A stretch of DNA of 61,348 nt, filler included, from Theionarchaea archaeon (GCA_018992565.1; 3 parts of 3 records of this genome joined end to end with filler, not necessarily neighbours in it), one strand, 5' to 3'. Counted from the whole stretch's first letter, positions 1-10,449 are shown. Program-made: numbers and translations. Notes: generated by a model from the letters alone, not told the origin.

Positions 1-95
1 TCGACATGTTGCTGAAGACAAATGTTGATGTGATCCTCTTTTCTCTTCTCAGTTACCGATGAGTCATCCGCCCGGTAAGAACCACGCTGTTCCAT
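1..95 (-). CDS. fni: Type 2 isopentenyl-diphosphate isomerase, N-terminal fragment running off the window edge
   Basis: Manual translation MEQRGSYRADDSSVTEKRKEDHINICLQQHV; RKxxHIxICL is the typical IDI-2 N-terminus. Not in the ORF track. Confidence 0.8.
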   Translation of the reverse strand, partial: MEQRGSYRADDSSVTEKRKEDHINICLQQHV

Positions 96-230
96 GAAGC
101 ATCTGGCCTCTAGTCATATTTAAGAGTATCTGTTATCAGGAGATGAATCTCCAATACTATGCCGATCTTTCTCTTCTGCCACTTTTTGCACTTCTGAACG
201 AACTGGTCTATAGGGAGTGAAAGAGTGCAG

Positions 231-560
231 TTAGAAATGTCCATTGAACTCTCTTAATATCCGTCCAGCCAACAGTCCCAAATAGGGTATGTTTGTACTT
301 CCCTCAGAAAGAACTCCCAGAATATAGTCTTCAAACACGAAAACAGTGAACCGGTCTTCCGCCTGCATTACGATTTGAGTGACTTCTTTGTCTTGAATCC
401 TGAGCTGATCCACAAGGAAGAATAGCGAGGAAGAAATGAACGTAGAGTCACATTGGTTCTCGGTGATGACTCGGTCCTTCTTCACCAAGAATGAACCCTT
501 CACACCACGAACACTCCCATGGAGCTCGGCAAGCATATGATTTACATCATCTATGTTCAT
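231..560 (-). CDS. Roadblock/LC7-like protein
   Basis: 109 aa with an LxELxxSVRGVKGSFLV start and an alternating beta-strand core ending in a helix (NIPYLGLL); AGGTG RBS upstream. Confidence 0.6.
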   Translation of the reverse strand: MNIDDVNHMLAELHGSVRGVKGSFLVKKDRVITENQCDSTFISSSLFFLVDQLRIQDKEVTQIVMQAEDRFTVFVFEDYILGVLSEGSTNIPYLGLLAGRILREFNGHF

Positions 561-849
561 ACTAGCACCTATCTCCTCCTATCCTCATGCGCTTTCACCT
601 TTCCCACTTCTGGTACGTTCCTCCATAACATATAAAGGTTATTGTGAATTGTTGCGAAAACGTGTGAATTGAAGGAGGATTTTCAATTCTTGTGTTTCTC
701 GCGAAAAAAATATGGTGAAGATCGCAGTATCTAATATCAAAGCTCCGCGAATGTCGCAATACTCGGTGAGCAACCCAAAAGGTGTGAAAGTGAGTAACCA
801 CCATCAAATTCGTGAGGATTTGACAAAACCGGTATGCAAGGAAGGAATA

Positions 850-1227
850 TCAGTCCAGAACGAGATGAGATTGCGCCCTTACCATAATGACTCTGGTTCC
901 CATTTTCTTTAATGCTCCTCTCAAGATTCTGTCGTTTGTGCAAATAATACAGGGATGATCTGCTGCATAGTCCAGAAGTGATCTATCCACCGGGCCTTTG
1001 AGAGGCATGGTAGGGTATTTCTCAAGAATGAGAAGCATGACAGTCTGCCCCTCCCTGTCAGACCCAGTTAGATGCAGGTTCCTCAGTTCAGCCAGGACAT
1101 TTTCAGGCACCATAATATGGTGCTTCTCCTCAACCACCTGATGAATTTCATCAAGAGGTATCTTAAACCGATAGCAACTCAAAACAAAATTCGTATCAAT
1201 CAGTACGGGACTACTGGATGATGCCAT
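850..1227 (-). CDS. PIN-domain ribonuclease (Fcf1/Utp24-like)
   Basis: LIDTNF, VxxEL, VDxxL and TNDxxL motifs; canonical position after eif2g. Confidence 0.88.
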   Translation of the reverse strand: MASSSSPVLIDTNFVLSCYRFKIPLDEIHQVVEEKHHIMVPENVLAELRNLHLTGSDREGQTVMLLILEKYPTMPLKGPVDRSLLDYAADHPCIICTNDRILRGALKKMGTRVIMVRAQSHLVLD

Positions 1228-2428
1228 ATCCAATCAATCGCCATCGAGCACCGATTCGCCGTGAAATGGCAGCTCGCTCACCAGTATCTGCACAAATCGG
1301 AAGCTTCAACTCCATCTCTGTTTCATTCCCCGGTTTGGATACCACACCCACTGTCTTTGCTGTTCCAATATTCAACATCAGGGTCTCACCCCGCTTAATC
1401 TCAGTAATCTCCACTTCTTCCTTAGTGCCAATGGCCCGCTCCAACAAATGTACCTTTAACACCAACTGCTTCCATAAGGGGGGAAGCATTCCGGGAGCAC
1501 CTACCACAGATCCTGAGAGCGAGTCAGACTTGGTCAACGATGGGTCCAGTCTCGTTCCAATAGCCATCAACCCACCTGGAGTAGCTACATCAATTTCCGT
1601 GGTTCCTGCATGCAGACTGGCAACATCTGCCTCAAGGACCTCTTTTGCTATTCCGGGCTTGATTTCAATCTCATCTCCTACCTTGAGACGCCCACACAAC
1701 AAGGAGCCTCCTATGACTCCTCCCACCAGGTCCTCAGGCACGGTTCCTGGCTTGTTCACATCAAAAGAACGGGCAATGTACATACGTGGAGGCTTTTCAA
1801 GGTCTCGAGGGGGAGTTGGAATGTACGTCTCTATTGCCTGGATCAGTAAATCAATATTCACTGCATGCATGGCTGACACAGGTATAATAGGGGCATTTTC
1901 TGCAATTGTTCCTTTGGTAAATCTCTTGATCTGCTGGTAGTTTTCCATGACTTCCTCTCGTGATATAAGCTCAATTTTGTTCTGGACAATGACGACGTTC
2001 TTTATCTCACAGATTTCCAGCCCCATCAAGTGTTCCTTAGTCTGCGGCTGGGGACAGGGTTCGTTGGCAGCAATCACCAGGACAGCCCCATCCATAATGG
2101 CTGCACCAGATAGCATGGTCGCCATTAACGTTTCATGGCCAGGAGCATCCACAAACGAAACTCTCCTCAACACGTCAGTAGCTTTTCCACATTCGCCGCA
2201 GGTCTTTTCCACTGTATAACACTGTGGAGGAGGACACTGGGGACACTTCCTGAACGTCGTATCTGCATATCCCAGGCGGATTGTAATTCCCCTTCTCAGC
2301 TCCTCAGAATGGGTATCCGTCCAGATTCCGGAAAGAGCTTTGGTCAGCGTCGTTTTCCCATGATCGACGTGACCGATCATACCAATATTTATTTCTGACT
2401 GCTTGGGTTCTTTCGCTATCCTGATCAC
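1211..2428 (-). CDS. eif2g: Translation initiation factor aIF2 gamma subunit
   Basis: [32 protein letters not shown], zinc knuckle and RWRLIGYG. Confidence 0.98.
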   Translation of the reverse strand: MIRIAKEPKQSEINIGMIGHVDHGKTTLTKALSGIWTDTHSEELRRGITIRLGYADTTFRKCPQCPPPQCYTVEKTCGECGKATDVLRRVSFVDAPGHETLMATMLSGAAIMDGAVLVIAANEPCPQPQTKEHLMGLEICEIKNVVIVQNKIELISREEVMENYQQIKRFTKGTIAENAPIIPVSAMHAVNIDLLIQAIETYIPTPPRDLEKPPRMYIARSFDVNKPGTVPEDLVGGVIGGSLLCGRLKVGDEIEIKPGIAKEVLEADVASLHAGTTEIDVATPGGLMAIGTRLDPSLTKSDSLSGSVVGAPGMLPPLWKQLVLKVHLLERAIGTKEEVEITEIKRGETLMLNIGTAKTVGVVSKPGNETEMELKLPICADTGERAAISRRIGARWRLIGYGIIQ

Positions 2429-3072
2429 CCCACCAGTTTCCGTGCTTCTTCAAGAAGCTTCTCTATCTGGGCGGGGGTTAACCCTGATTTCTTGGAGATT
2501 TTTTGAATATCTGCGGCAAGGAAATCCTGTACACTGGCTATGCCTGCTGCATGGAGCTGTTCTGCAGTGACTTTTCCCACCCCGTATATCTTGGTCAGGG
2601 GTATGGGCTTTGCAGATGCCTTCTCTTTTCCCTCTTTTTCGGCCTCTTTAGCCTCTGGAGGTTTTTCCTCTTTCTTTTCGACTTCTGCTACCTGCTCCTC
2701 AGGTTTCATTTCTTTCTTTTCTTCTCTCTTCTTCCCAGATTTTACAACCATTTTGGTATTTATCTGGACAGTAGTCTCAGAAACAGTATCTCCTCGCACC
2801 CTCTTCTTCCGGCGCTCTCCCGCGCGTGTGGGGATAAATCCTGGACCTCCCCGTAGCAGGACCTGCACTCTTCTGGGACCTGCAATACCTTTTCTCATGG
2901 GAAACCCGTCTTTGTCAGTTCCTCCCGTTATCTGGAGCATTCCTGATTCTCCAATGAGGGAGCCGTCGAACTGCTCGCCAATGCGTAGACCTACAAGACG
3001 GGCTGCTTCTTCTCCTTTAATTTCTTTTTGATAGGTGTTTCCACCATCAGATATGATCACCTTGAATTCCAA
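2425..3072 (-). CDS. rps6e: 30S ribosomal protein S6e with charged linker and C-terminal helix-hairpin-helix extension
   Basis: [13 protein letters not shown] and [10 protein letters not shown] motifs; TTG start at 3072 behind a GGTGA RBS. Confidence 0.93.
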   Translation of the reverse strand: MEFKVIISDGGNTYQKEIKGEEAARLVGLRIGEQFDGSLIGESGMLQITGGTDKDGFPMRKGIAGPRRVQVLLRGGPGFIPTRAGERRKKRVRGDTVSETTVQINTKMVVKSGKKREEKKEMKPEEQVAEVEKKEEKPPEAKEAEKEGKEKASAKPIPLTKIYGVGKVTAEQLHAAGIASVQDFLAADIQKISKKSGLTPAQIEKLLEEARKLVG

Positions 3073-3082
3073 TAGATCACCT

Positions 3083-4822
3083 CTACAGATACCAGAACTC
3101 ATTATGCTTTCTTTTGATCTGGTCTATTTCTTCCAGAGCCTGCCGTTCGTCCTCTGAAAGGTCAGATTTCAACAAGATTTTATAGTCTTCTTTTGGGAGA
3201 TCACTATATAAAACTTCCTCCTCAGAAATCTGTCTCCCTACCGTAGGTCCTTCAATAGAGACTGCTACCTGCTCACCTTTCTGAACTTTGGAGAGAAATT
3301 CATCTTTGCTCTTAATGCTCTTTATGGTTCCCACTTTTTTTCCTTCAGCTGTTATCACATCATACTTGGGCTTGAGAGTTCCCAGCAGAATCTCTACTCC
3401 CACGATAGCAGGTTTGGTGGTTCTGAATATATATTCAGGGAGAATCTTGAACTTGCAGGGAAAGATCAACTCCTGCCTCTTTCTGGTCATTTCCCTGAGT
3501 TTCTCCTGTTCCACCCACTGAGCATATCCTTCAGTGAGCCGGTAAATGACGTCATCTTCAAAAATCTTTATTCTGTTGTCCTCTGCCACTCTCCGGGCTT
3601 CTTCAGTGACTTTCGTATTAAAGGCAAAAATAACTCCCAGGTAGTAGTCCTCTTTCCTCACGGATAGTGCTTCCATAACATCTGTTTTCCCCACTTCTCC
3701 CACGTCTGCTTTCCTGATGGCTACAGAATCCTTGAGCTCAGACACGAGTGCTTCCAGTGTTCCCAGTGTATCAGCACGGATGACTACTCCCAGGGCTTCT
3801 TTTTCTATACGGATTTTTTGAATCTCTTCTCGTATTTTCTGTCTGTTTTCAGGAGTATCAATATAGAGGGGTGCACCAGCCAAGGCCCTTTCCAGAGCAG
3901 GTGCTGAAATTTTCACCCCGCATGCAGCAGATACTGAATCCAGGTACTGGAATCGCTGGCGGGGATCCCGTATCTCATCCAGAGGCATGGGTTTCAAGAG
4001 TGCCCTCACTTTGGTGAAAATGAGGTCCTCCATCCCACCCAGGACAATAGCATCTCCCTTGTTCAGGGTGCCGTCATACAGAATGACATCAATGGTTGTT
4101 CCCATTCCTACTTCTTCTTTGACTTCGAGGATAGTTCCCTTTGCCTCTCCCGTCAGGTCTAGAGCAAGCTTCTTCTCCAGGAACCGCTGGGCCAGCCCAG
4201 CAATGAGCATCAAGATTTCTGAAACGCCCACCCCATTCTTGGCTGAAATGGGGACGATAGCCACTCTCTCAGTGAAGTCCTTGATCCTGTCAAACCTGTC
4301 TGCTTCATATCCATTGAGAGAAAGGTCCCCAATGAGTGACCACATTTTCTCTTCCAATTCCTGCAGCACGAAATCTGCCTGATCTTTTACTGATTTGACA
4401 AAGGAAACGTTACTTCCCTTCCAGCCCAGGCGATCTATCTTGTTTGCAGCTACCACAAAGGGAGTCTTGAGTCGCTTGAGAATAGCAATAGACTCTAATG
4501 TCTGGGGCTGGAACCCGTCATTGACATCTACAATCAAGACTGCCAGGTCAGCCAAGGAACCTCCTCTGGTCCTCAAGTTGACAAAAGCCCTGTGTCCAGG
4601 AGTGTCAATGAAGAGGAGACCAGGGATGGTGATTTTCCAGGTTTTGAGGACGTCCCCACAAATCCCCTGAACTACTTCAATAGGCACTTCAGTGGCTCCA
4701 ATGTGCTGGGTAATCCCCCCAGATTCTCTTCGGGCCACTGCACTCTTCCTGATATAATCTAGTAACGTGGTTTTTCCGTGGTCTACGTGACCAAGCACCG
4801 AAATGATAGGCTGGCGAATCAT
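3083..4822 (-). CDS. infB: Translation initiation factor aIF5B/IF-2
   Basis: [39 protein letters not shown]. Confidence 0.98.
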   Translation of the reverse strand: MIRQPIISVLGHVDHGKTTLLDYIRKSAVARRESGGITQHIGATEVPIEVVQGICGDVLKTWKITIPGLLFIDTPGHRAFVNLRTRGGSLADLAVLIVDVNDGFQPQTLESIAILKRLKTPFVVAANKIDRLGWKGSNVSFVKSVKDQADFVLQELEEKMWSLIGDLSLNGYEADRFDRIKDFTERVAIVPISAKNGVGVSEILMLIAGLAQRFLEKKLALDLTGEAKGTILEVKEEVGMGTTIDVILYDGTLNKGDAIVLGGMEDLIFTKVRALLKPMPLDEIRDPRQRFQYLDSVSAACGVKISAPALERALAGAPLYIDTPENRQKIREEIQKIRIEKEALGVVIRADTLGTLEALVSELKDSVAIRKADVGEVGKTDVMEALSVRKEDYYLGVIFAFNTKVTEEARRVAEDNRIKIFEDDVIYRLTEGYAQWVEQEKLREMTRKRQELIFPCKFKILPEYIFRTTKPAIVGVEILLGTLKPKYDVITAEGKKVGTIKSIKSKDEFLSKVQKGEQVAVSIEGPTVGRQISEEEVLYSDLPKEDYKILLKSDLSEDERQALEEIDQIKRKHNEFWYL

Positions 4823-4864
4823 AGGCTCACCGTAAGATTGGCATGAAGCTAACACCTGAATCTG

Positions 4865-5443
4865 TTACCCGAGTATGATTGATTCATCCGCCCTTTGGTA
4901 GATATACAGCTCTTCTTCTTTGAACCAAAGCGTGATTTCGTATCGAGCTTCTTCGGAGTCTCCTGAAGCGTGAATAAGGTTTCGAATTGGTCTACATTTT
5001 TCATTGGCAAGATCTGGAGAGTCGCAGGCGAAATCGCCCCGTATTGTTCCAGGGTTAGCACTTATGGGCAAGGTATTGCCCACGAGCCTTCTCACATTTT
5101 GTATGGCGTGATTCCCTTCCCACACCATGCAGATCACGGGGCCGGAAGAAATAAAGTCCATAAGCCACCCTTTGACGATCTTTCCTATCTCCAATGCAGA
5201 GGTTGTTCCCAGATGCGTCTTGGGATCAAGTCCGAGTTCCGCATATGAGTTCAACGTTTTTTCCCCTACAATGGTGAGCCAGCTGTCTGTTGAGGGGTAG
5301 TGGCTTTTCACCATTTCTCTTGTGGGATGGACCATCTTCAATCCCACCAACTTGAGACCAGCACGTTCAAACCGAGAAATAATTTCCCCAACAAGTCCTC
5401 GCTGTACTCCATCAGGTTTTATCATGCAGAATGTGCGTTCCAT
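4865..5443 (-). CDS. ndk: Nucleoside diphosphate kinase
   Basis: MERTFCMIKPDGVQRGLVG, PGTIRGDF, NLIHAS. Confidence 0.96.
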   Translation of the reverse strand: MERTFCMIKPDGVQRGLVGEIISRFERAGLKLVGLKMVHPTREMVKSHYPSTDSWLTIVGEKTLNSYAELGLDPKTHLGTTSALEIGKIVKGWLMDFISSGPVICMVWEGNHAIQNVRRLVGNTLPISANPGTIRGDFACDSPDLANEKCRPIRNLIHASGDSEEARYEITLWFKEEELYIYQRADESIILG

Positions 5444-5447
5444 GCTA

Positions 5448-5618
5448 TCACTCTGTCTGCTCCTGCCTGGCCCACTTAACCTTGCGTGATTTTCTCCCCA
5501 AGTTAACCATGTTTTTCTCACACTTGCCTGAACAGAAGTACAGGACTGCGCCATCTTTCTTCACATACATCTTGCCGGTTCCTTTTTCAATGTCCTTCCC
5601 ACAGAAGCTGCATTTCAC
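5448..5618 (-). CDS. rpl24e: 50S ribosomal protein L24e
   Basis: CSFCG...GTGKMYV...FCSGKC; GTG start behind a GGTGA RBS. Confidence 0.96.
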   Translation of the reverse strand: MKCSFCGKDIEKGTGKMYVKKDGAVLYFCSGKCEKNMVNLGRKSRKVKWARQEQTE

Positions 5619-5631
5619 TTTCTCACCTTCT

Positions 5632-5847
5632 TCATCTAGGCACCTTGATTTCCTTGGCTTCGCGTTCAGTTTCCATGAGAACCAGGACATCTCCCACCTG
5701 GATAGGCCCTTTCACGTTACGAGTTCTCACTCCTCCTTTATCTGGGCCTTCCAGAATCTTGCATTTGACCTGAAAGATATCTCCAGTCGCACCAGTCCGT
5801 GTTCTGACTTCTACAACCTCTGCGGGAGTACCAAGCTTCTCGTCCAT
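5632..5847 (-). CDS. rps28e: 30S ribosomal protein S28e
   Basis: RTGATG, RNVKGP, ETEREA. Confidence 0.96.
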   Translation of the reverse strand: MDEKLGTPAEVVEVRTRTGATGDIFQVKCKILEGPDKGGVRTRNVKGPIQVGDVLVLMETEREAKEIKVPR

Positions 5848-5870
5848 GGATATCACCTTCACCTTCTTGA

Positions 5871-6236
5871 CTAGCTGGTCAGTTCCTTTATCTGGCCGGC
5901 TAGGGCTTTCACTTCTTTCTTGGCTTTTCCTGCCTGAACGATGGCACAGGACGCAGTTCCCACATCCAGACCACTGGCTGTGCCAAGATCAGACTTCTTG
6001 GGTACATATACATAAGGTATCTTCTTTTCCTCACAGAGCACGGGAAGATGCGCCACGATTTCCTCGGGAGTCACATCTTCAGCAATAAAGACGATTTTCG
6101 CCACACCGCGTTCTATAGCTTTGGTGGTCTCATTGGTGCCTTTGGTTACCTTTCCTGTGTCTCGTGAGAGTTCAAGTGCTTCATAAGCCTTTTCCACGAC
6201 TTCTTTTGGTACGTTAAATTTGACATAACTAGGCAT
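5871..6236 (-). CDS. rpl7ae: 50S ribosomal protein L7Ae
   Basis: [27 protein letters not shown]. Confidence 0.98.
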   Translation of the reverse strand: MPSYVKFNVPKEVVEKAYEALELSRDTGKVTKGTNETTKAIERGVAKIVFIAEDVTPEEIVAHLPVLCEEKKIPYVYVPKKSDLGTASGLDVGTASCAIVQAGKAKKEVKALAGQIKELTS

Positions 6237-6244
6237 AAAATCAC

Positions 6245-6294
6245 CTCATCCATCATGAACAAGTCTTGACTTGTTTCTGTCAGTAGATGATGAG
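6245..6294 (-). promoter_or_regulatory. Kink-turn-containing 5' leader of rpl7ae (L7Ae autoregulatory element)
   Basis: mRNA reads CUCAUCAUCUACUGA-CA-GA-AACAAGU-CAAG-ACUUGUU-CAU-GA-UG-GAUGAG: 7-bp stem, 3-nt bulge and tandem GA pairs. The closing stem covers part of the GAGGUGA RBS. TATA box at ~6308-6315. Confidence 0.8.
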
Positions 6295-6440
6295 AACGGA
6301 CTACGCCTTATAAATCTTTTGTCAGTAAAATGTCAACCTGTTTTTACACCTGTGTGGGGTTCTTCAGGATGTCTGGTAAATATCGCAGAAATTGGTGGAT
6401 CATGATGCTGGAATCCTGAGTAAAAACAGCGACATGAATT

Positions 6441-7370
6441 TCACTTCGGGTTCAAGAGCTTTTCTGCAGCTGTATAGCAGTCTGTCTCTCTTTCCAATAT
6501 TAGATCAACTAGATTGTCAAATTCATTAGTTTTTTTGGCCTTCTCGAGCACTTCCTTGACAATAAGCTGATTCAAAACTTCCAGAAGTTCCATCTCAATC
6601 TTAAGTCTCCTTTTCTCCTCAAAAAGACCTTCTTTTCTCAGATATCCAATGTGCGCCTGGATAGCCTCGGCCAGTTCCTCAATACCTACCCCCATGTTGG
6701 CCACTGTCCTCACCACCGGGGGGCGCCAGCCCTTGTCCGAATTGAAATCCAGCATCATTTCCAGTTCCATTACTGCTTTATCCACATAATCCAGGTCTGC
6801 CTTGTTGACTACAAAAATATCTCCAATCTCCAGAATACCTGCTTTTATAGCCTGGATATCATCTCCAAGACTGGGCATAGTAACCACCAGTACGGTATCT
6901 GCAGCCTTTATAATATCTATCTCATCCTGTCCGGTTCCCACTGTCTCCACGAGAATGATATCTTTGCCAAATGCATCCAGAATCTTGATGACATCTTTCG
7001 TGGTGAGTGCCAACCCCCCCATGTGACCCCGTGTGCCCATACTCCTGATAAATACTCCCGGGTCTGTAGCTCTCTCCTGCATCCTGATCCTGTCTCCCAG
7101 GAGGGCACCACCTGTAAAGGGCGAAGAAGGGTCAACTGCAATGACTCCTACCGTCTCTCCCTGCTCCCGGTAGTATTGGGTGAGTTTATCCACCAGGCTG
7201 GACTTTCCAGCTCCCGGGGGACCTGTAACCCCAATGACATGCGCGTTCCCTGTATAAGGATACACCTCCCTGAGCGCTTGCTTCGCTTCCGGGGCTTCGT
7301 TTTCCACCAGCGTAATGAGGCGAGCACAAGCTCTTCTGTCTCCTGCCAGGAGTCGATCTACCAGTTCCAT
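6441..7370 (-). CDS. meaB: Methylmalonyl-CoA mutase-associated GTPase MeaB
   Basis: GPPGAGKSS, AVDPSSPFTGGALLGDRIRM, ETVGTGQ, NKAD. Confidence 0.95.
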   Translation of the reverse strand: MELVDRLLAGDRRACARLITLVENEAPEAKQALREVYPYTGNAHVIGVTGPPGAGKSSLVDKLTQYYREQGETVGVIAVDPSSPFTGGALLGDRIRMQERATDPGVFIRSMGTRGHMGGLALTTKDVIKILDAFGKDIILVETVGTGQDEIDIIKAADTVLVVTMPSLGDDIQAIKAGILEIGDIFVVNKADLDYVDKAVMELEMMLDFNSDKGWRPPVVRTVANMGVGIEELAEAIQAHIGYLRKEGLFEEKRRLKIEMELLEVLNQLIVKEVLEKAKKTNEFDNLVDLILERETDCYTAAEKLLNPK

Positions 7371-7371
7371 A

Positions 7372-7764
7372 CTATGCACTTACATGAGATTGAATAAACG
7401 TGACGATTTCTTGGGTTGAAGTCCCGGGGCCAAAGACACCTCCTACTCCCATTCGTCGTAGTGTAGCAGCATCTTCATCAGGAATGATACCTCCAACTGC
7501 CACCAGTATATCTCCAGCCTGATTTCTCTTCAGTAACTCAACAACCTTGGGGACCAATGTCATGTGGGCTCCAGAGAGAATAGAGAGTCCAACGCAGTCT
7601 ACATCTTCCTGGAGGGCAGTCTCCACGATCTGCTCCGCGGTCTGCCTCAACCCGGTGTAGATGACTTCCATTCCAGCATCTCTCAGAGCTCTGGCCACTA
7701 CTTTTGCGCCTCGATCATGACCGTCTAATCCCGGTTTTGCCACAAGCACGCGAATCTTCCTCAT
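7372..7764 (-). CDS. Methylmalonyl-CoA mutase small (cobalamin-binding) subunit
   Basis: [27 protein letters not shown]. Confidence 0.95.
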   Translation of the reverse strand: MRKIRVLVAKPGLDGHDRGAKVVARALRDAGMEVIYTGLRQTAEQIVETALQEDVDCVGLSILSGAHMTLVPKVVELLKRNQAGDILVAVGGIIPDEDAATLRRMGVGGVFGPGTSTQEIVTFIQSHVSA

Positions 7765-7893
7765 TGAAGTCACCGTGTCTACTTTTGATTAGAGCTTATA
7801 AATATATGTGGTATTCAAAAGGATGGACAATACCTGTGAGGACTTCAACGCAATCTATTTAATGGAAGACTCCCCGGATAATGTGGTGACACT

Positions 7894-8517
7894 ATGTGGA
7901 AATACTACCACGATCCATACATAAAAAAGCTGGAAACTGCAGTAAAAGAAGTGAATGAGAATCAGGTCGTTCTGGAAGACACAGTTTTCTACCCTACAGG
8001 AGGGGGACAGCCCCATGATAGAGGGACCATATCCAATCAGACGATACTGGATGTTTTCGAGCAGGGAGGAAATGTTGTGCATGTTCTGGACCAGGCTCCC
8101 GTTTCTCCTGGGGATGCAGTAACATGTATGCTGGACTGGGACTACCGGTATGCTGTTATGCGCATGCATTCTGCTCTCCACCTTCTCTTTGACGTGGCGG
8201 GAGAGCTGTATGGTATATCTGAGAGCGCAGGTTCAAATGTGGAGGCGGAGAAGAGCAGACTGGATTTAGTGTATGATGATGTGCTGGATGAAGGAAAGCG
8301 AGCTGCACTGGAAAAGCAATTTGCAGCTGCAGTTGATGAGGATAGACCCATTACAGTATGGTGGGAAGGTGAGAAACGGTTAGTGCAGATTGAGGGGTTT
8401 GATCCCATGCCCTGCGGTGGACTGCACACAAAGTCAACTAGAGAGATTGGCCATCTTTCAAAGCTGAAACGAAAAAATGTGGGTAAGGGAAAAGAGCGAG
8501 TGGAGGTGTTTTTGTGA
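7894..8517 (+). CDS. Alanyl-tRNA editing protein AlaX
   Basis: FYPTGGGQPHDRG, RMHSALH (HxxxH), PCGGLH (CxxxH). Confidence 0.92.
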   Translation: MWKYYHDPYIKKLETAVKEVNENQVVLEDTVFYPTGGGQPHDRGTISNQTILDVFEQGGNVVHVLDQAPVSPGDAVTCMLDWDYRYAVMRMHSALHLLFDVAGELYGISESAGSNVEAEKSRLDLVYDDVLDEGKRAALEKQFAAAVDEDRPITVWWEGEKRLVQIEGFDPMPCGGLHTKSTREIGHLSKLKRKNVGKGKERVEVFL

Positions 8518-8648
8518 AGGTTGACATCACGTTGTTGATAGTGGCTATTATTCTGGCTCTTGTAGTATTCTATGTTATTCGATGCGCCTGGCCGCTGCTG
8601 GTGGTTCTGGTACTTGCATACATCATTTACAAGTGGCTGGAAAAATGA
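8514..8648 (+). CDS. Small membrane protein, 44 aa
   Basis: MKVDITLLIVAIILALVVFYVIRCAWPLLVVLVLAYIIYKWLEK; GGAGGTG RBS; GTGA overlap with alaX and ATGA overlap with ipk. Not in the ORF track. Confidence 0.75.
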   Translation: MKVDITLLIVAIILALVVFYVIRCAWPLLVVLVLAYIIYKWLEK

Positions 8649-9397
8649 TTATTGTCAAGCTGGGTGGCTCTGCAGTCACAGACAAGAGCAAGGACTTCAC
8701 GCCGCGTCTGGAGGTAATTGAGAATGCTGCCAAGCAGATCAGCAGCATTAGTGAGCAAATACTCCTGGTTCATGGAGGAGGGAGTTATGGGCACCCCCTG
8801 GCAAGGGAGTACAGCCTGCATGAAGGATTTTCTCATAGTAGTCAATTGTCTGGTGTCTCTCAAACTCGGTATTCTATGACCCAGCTAAACCAAATTATTC
8901 TTTCAATTCTATTACGGCACGGGGTAAAGGCAGTATCTGTACAGCCATCAGCATGCTTTGTCTGCACTAACAAGCGAATTTCTCACAGATTCCTGGAGCC
9001 CATTGAAGGGTTGCTAACCCTGGGCTGTACTCCGGTGTTGTACGGAGATGTGGTCACAGATCAGGAAATGGGGTTCTGCATTCTCTCAGGAGACCAGATT
9101 GTCTCGCACCTGGCTGGAGCCCTCAGTCCCAGAAAAGTAATCTTTGGGCTGGAAGTGGATGGACTGTACACTGAAGATCCCAGAAATGAGAGTGCTCGCC
9201 TTGTGAAGGATATTACATTTGCTGATTTGAAGTCAATATCTGCAGGAGAAGTGGGGGACGTCACCAAGGGAATGAAAGGAAAACTCCAGGAGATAACTGA
9301 GATTTGTGGAATTGAAGTTGACCTGATCAATCTAATGGGCGAAGAAACCCTGGTCAAAGCTGTTTCAGGTGAGGTGGACGGAACCAGAATCCATTAG
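8645..9397 (+). CDS. ipk: Isopentenyl phosphate kinase
   Basis: IIVKLGGSAVTDK, HGGGSYGH, GDV, ILSGD, DVTKGMKGK. Confidence 0.92.
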   Translation: MIIVKLGGSAVTDKSKDFTPRLEVIENAAKQISSISEQILLVHGGGSYGHPLAREYSLHEGFSHSSQLSGVSQTRYSMTQLNQIILSILLRHGVKAVSVQPSACFVCTNKRISHRFLEPIEGLLTLGCTPVLYGDVVTDQEMGFCILSGDQIVSHLAGALSPRKVIFGLEVDGLYTEDPRNESARLVKDITFADLKSISAGEVGDVTKGMKGKLQEITEICGIEVDLINLMGEETLVKAVSGEVDGTRIH

Positions 9398-9398
9398 T

Positions 9399-10070
9399 AT
9401 GGAACAGATCCATGAGCACGGTGCCGTATCACGGATATCACAGATTATCAAGCTGCTCTCAAAGGAATATCCTAACGCTGTCATAACCTTGGACTACCAG
9501 AACCCTGTACAACTCCTGGTTGCGACTATTCTGTCAGCTCAATCTACTGATGAAGGTGTGAACAGAATAACTCCCGAGCTCTTCAGGAAGTATAAAACCT
9601 GTGAGGACTTTGCCAAAGCTGATCCTCAGACTCTCCAGCACTACATCAGACCTATTGGATTGTACAGAAACAAAGCGTTCTTCATCATTAACGCGTGTAG
9701 TGAGATCATAAAGACACACAATGGTGACGTTCCTGATACCATGGAAGCATTGACTGCTCTCCCCGGTGTGGGAAGAAAAACAGCCAATGTCATTCTCTCG
9801 AATGCCTTTGGCAAGAAAGAAGGTATCATTGTGGACACTCATGTGAACCGGTTGTCCAGGAGACTTGGACTAACTTCGAAAGAGAATCCCCCGGAAATTG
9901 AGAAAGATCTCATGCAAATTGTCCCACAGGATGAATGGCTTCATTTTGCCAATCTACTCCTCTACCATGGAAGAGCCAGATGCCATGCTCAGAGTCCCGA
10001 ATGCGCATCTTGTGTCATACAGGGACTGTGTCCTTCAAGACGGGATATCCAACCTGTATTGTCTCATTAG
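9399..10070 (+). CDS. nth: Endonuclease III
   Basis: LLVATILSAQSTD, HhH motif LPGVGRKTANV, VDTHV, C-terminal 4Fe-4S cysteine cluster. Confidence 0.96.
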   Translation: MEQIHEHGAVSRISQIIKLLSKEYPNAVITLDYQNPVQLLVATILSAQSTDEGVNRITPELFRKYKTCEDFAKADPQTLQHYIRPIGLYRNKAFFIINACSEIIKTHNGDVPDTMEALTALPGVGRKTANVILSNAFGKKEGIIVDTHVNRLSRRLGLTSKENPPEIEKDLMQIVPQDEWLHFANLLLYHGRARCHAQSPECASCVIQGLCPSRRDIQPVLSH

Positions 10071-10351
10071 CACCAGCCACTGGTTAAGATCTCCGGTTCG
10101 CCATTAGCAACACACAAAACTCTCTCCACTGGTCTGAACAGTACATAACTGTGCATGACTCTCTGTGATTTTTCATCTTCTTGTGAATTTCTCAAAAGGA
10201 CCAACAACATGAACCTCATCTTTACCCTTGTCTTTTTTGATGAGGTTTTAGCTGGTTCACAGTGGAAGCTTGCAGTTGTCAGCAAAATCAGAAGCACAGC
10301 TTTAATCTATAGTAATTAGAGCCTCATTTTTGATCTTCTTTAGCCTCCTCA

Positions 10352-10371
10352 ACCGAAAAGTTTAAAAAGGG
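10352..10371 (+). promoter_or_regulatory. BRE/TATA promoter of the histone gene
   Basis: ACCGAAAAG-TTTAAAAAGG about 90 nt upstream of the GGAGGTG RBS and ATG. Confidence 0.6.
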
Positions 10372-10449
10372 TTAGAGGACAGATGATTATAAAAATGATT
10401 CAAAACCTGAATCTGATCACAAAATAAAGCTCAAAGAGGAGGTGCTATC

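Noticed and set aside
712..912. 66-aa plus-strand ORF and overlapping short ORFs between roadblock and PIN genes
   Set aside because: No convincing RBS or recognisable pattern; overlaps the PIN gene.
3083..4822. Possible intein in aIF5B
   Set aside because: Length is normal and the GTPase motifs are contiguous.
1218..7397. Long opposite-strand ORFs over eif2g, infB and meaB (similar ones over the MFS gene, srp54, pan and the surface proteins)
   Set aside because: Antisense shadows of well-supported genes, without motifs or RBS.
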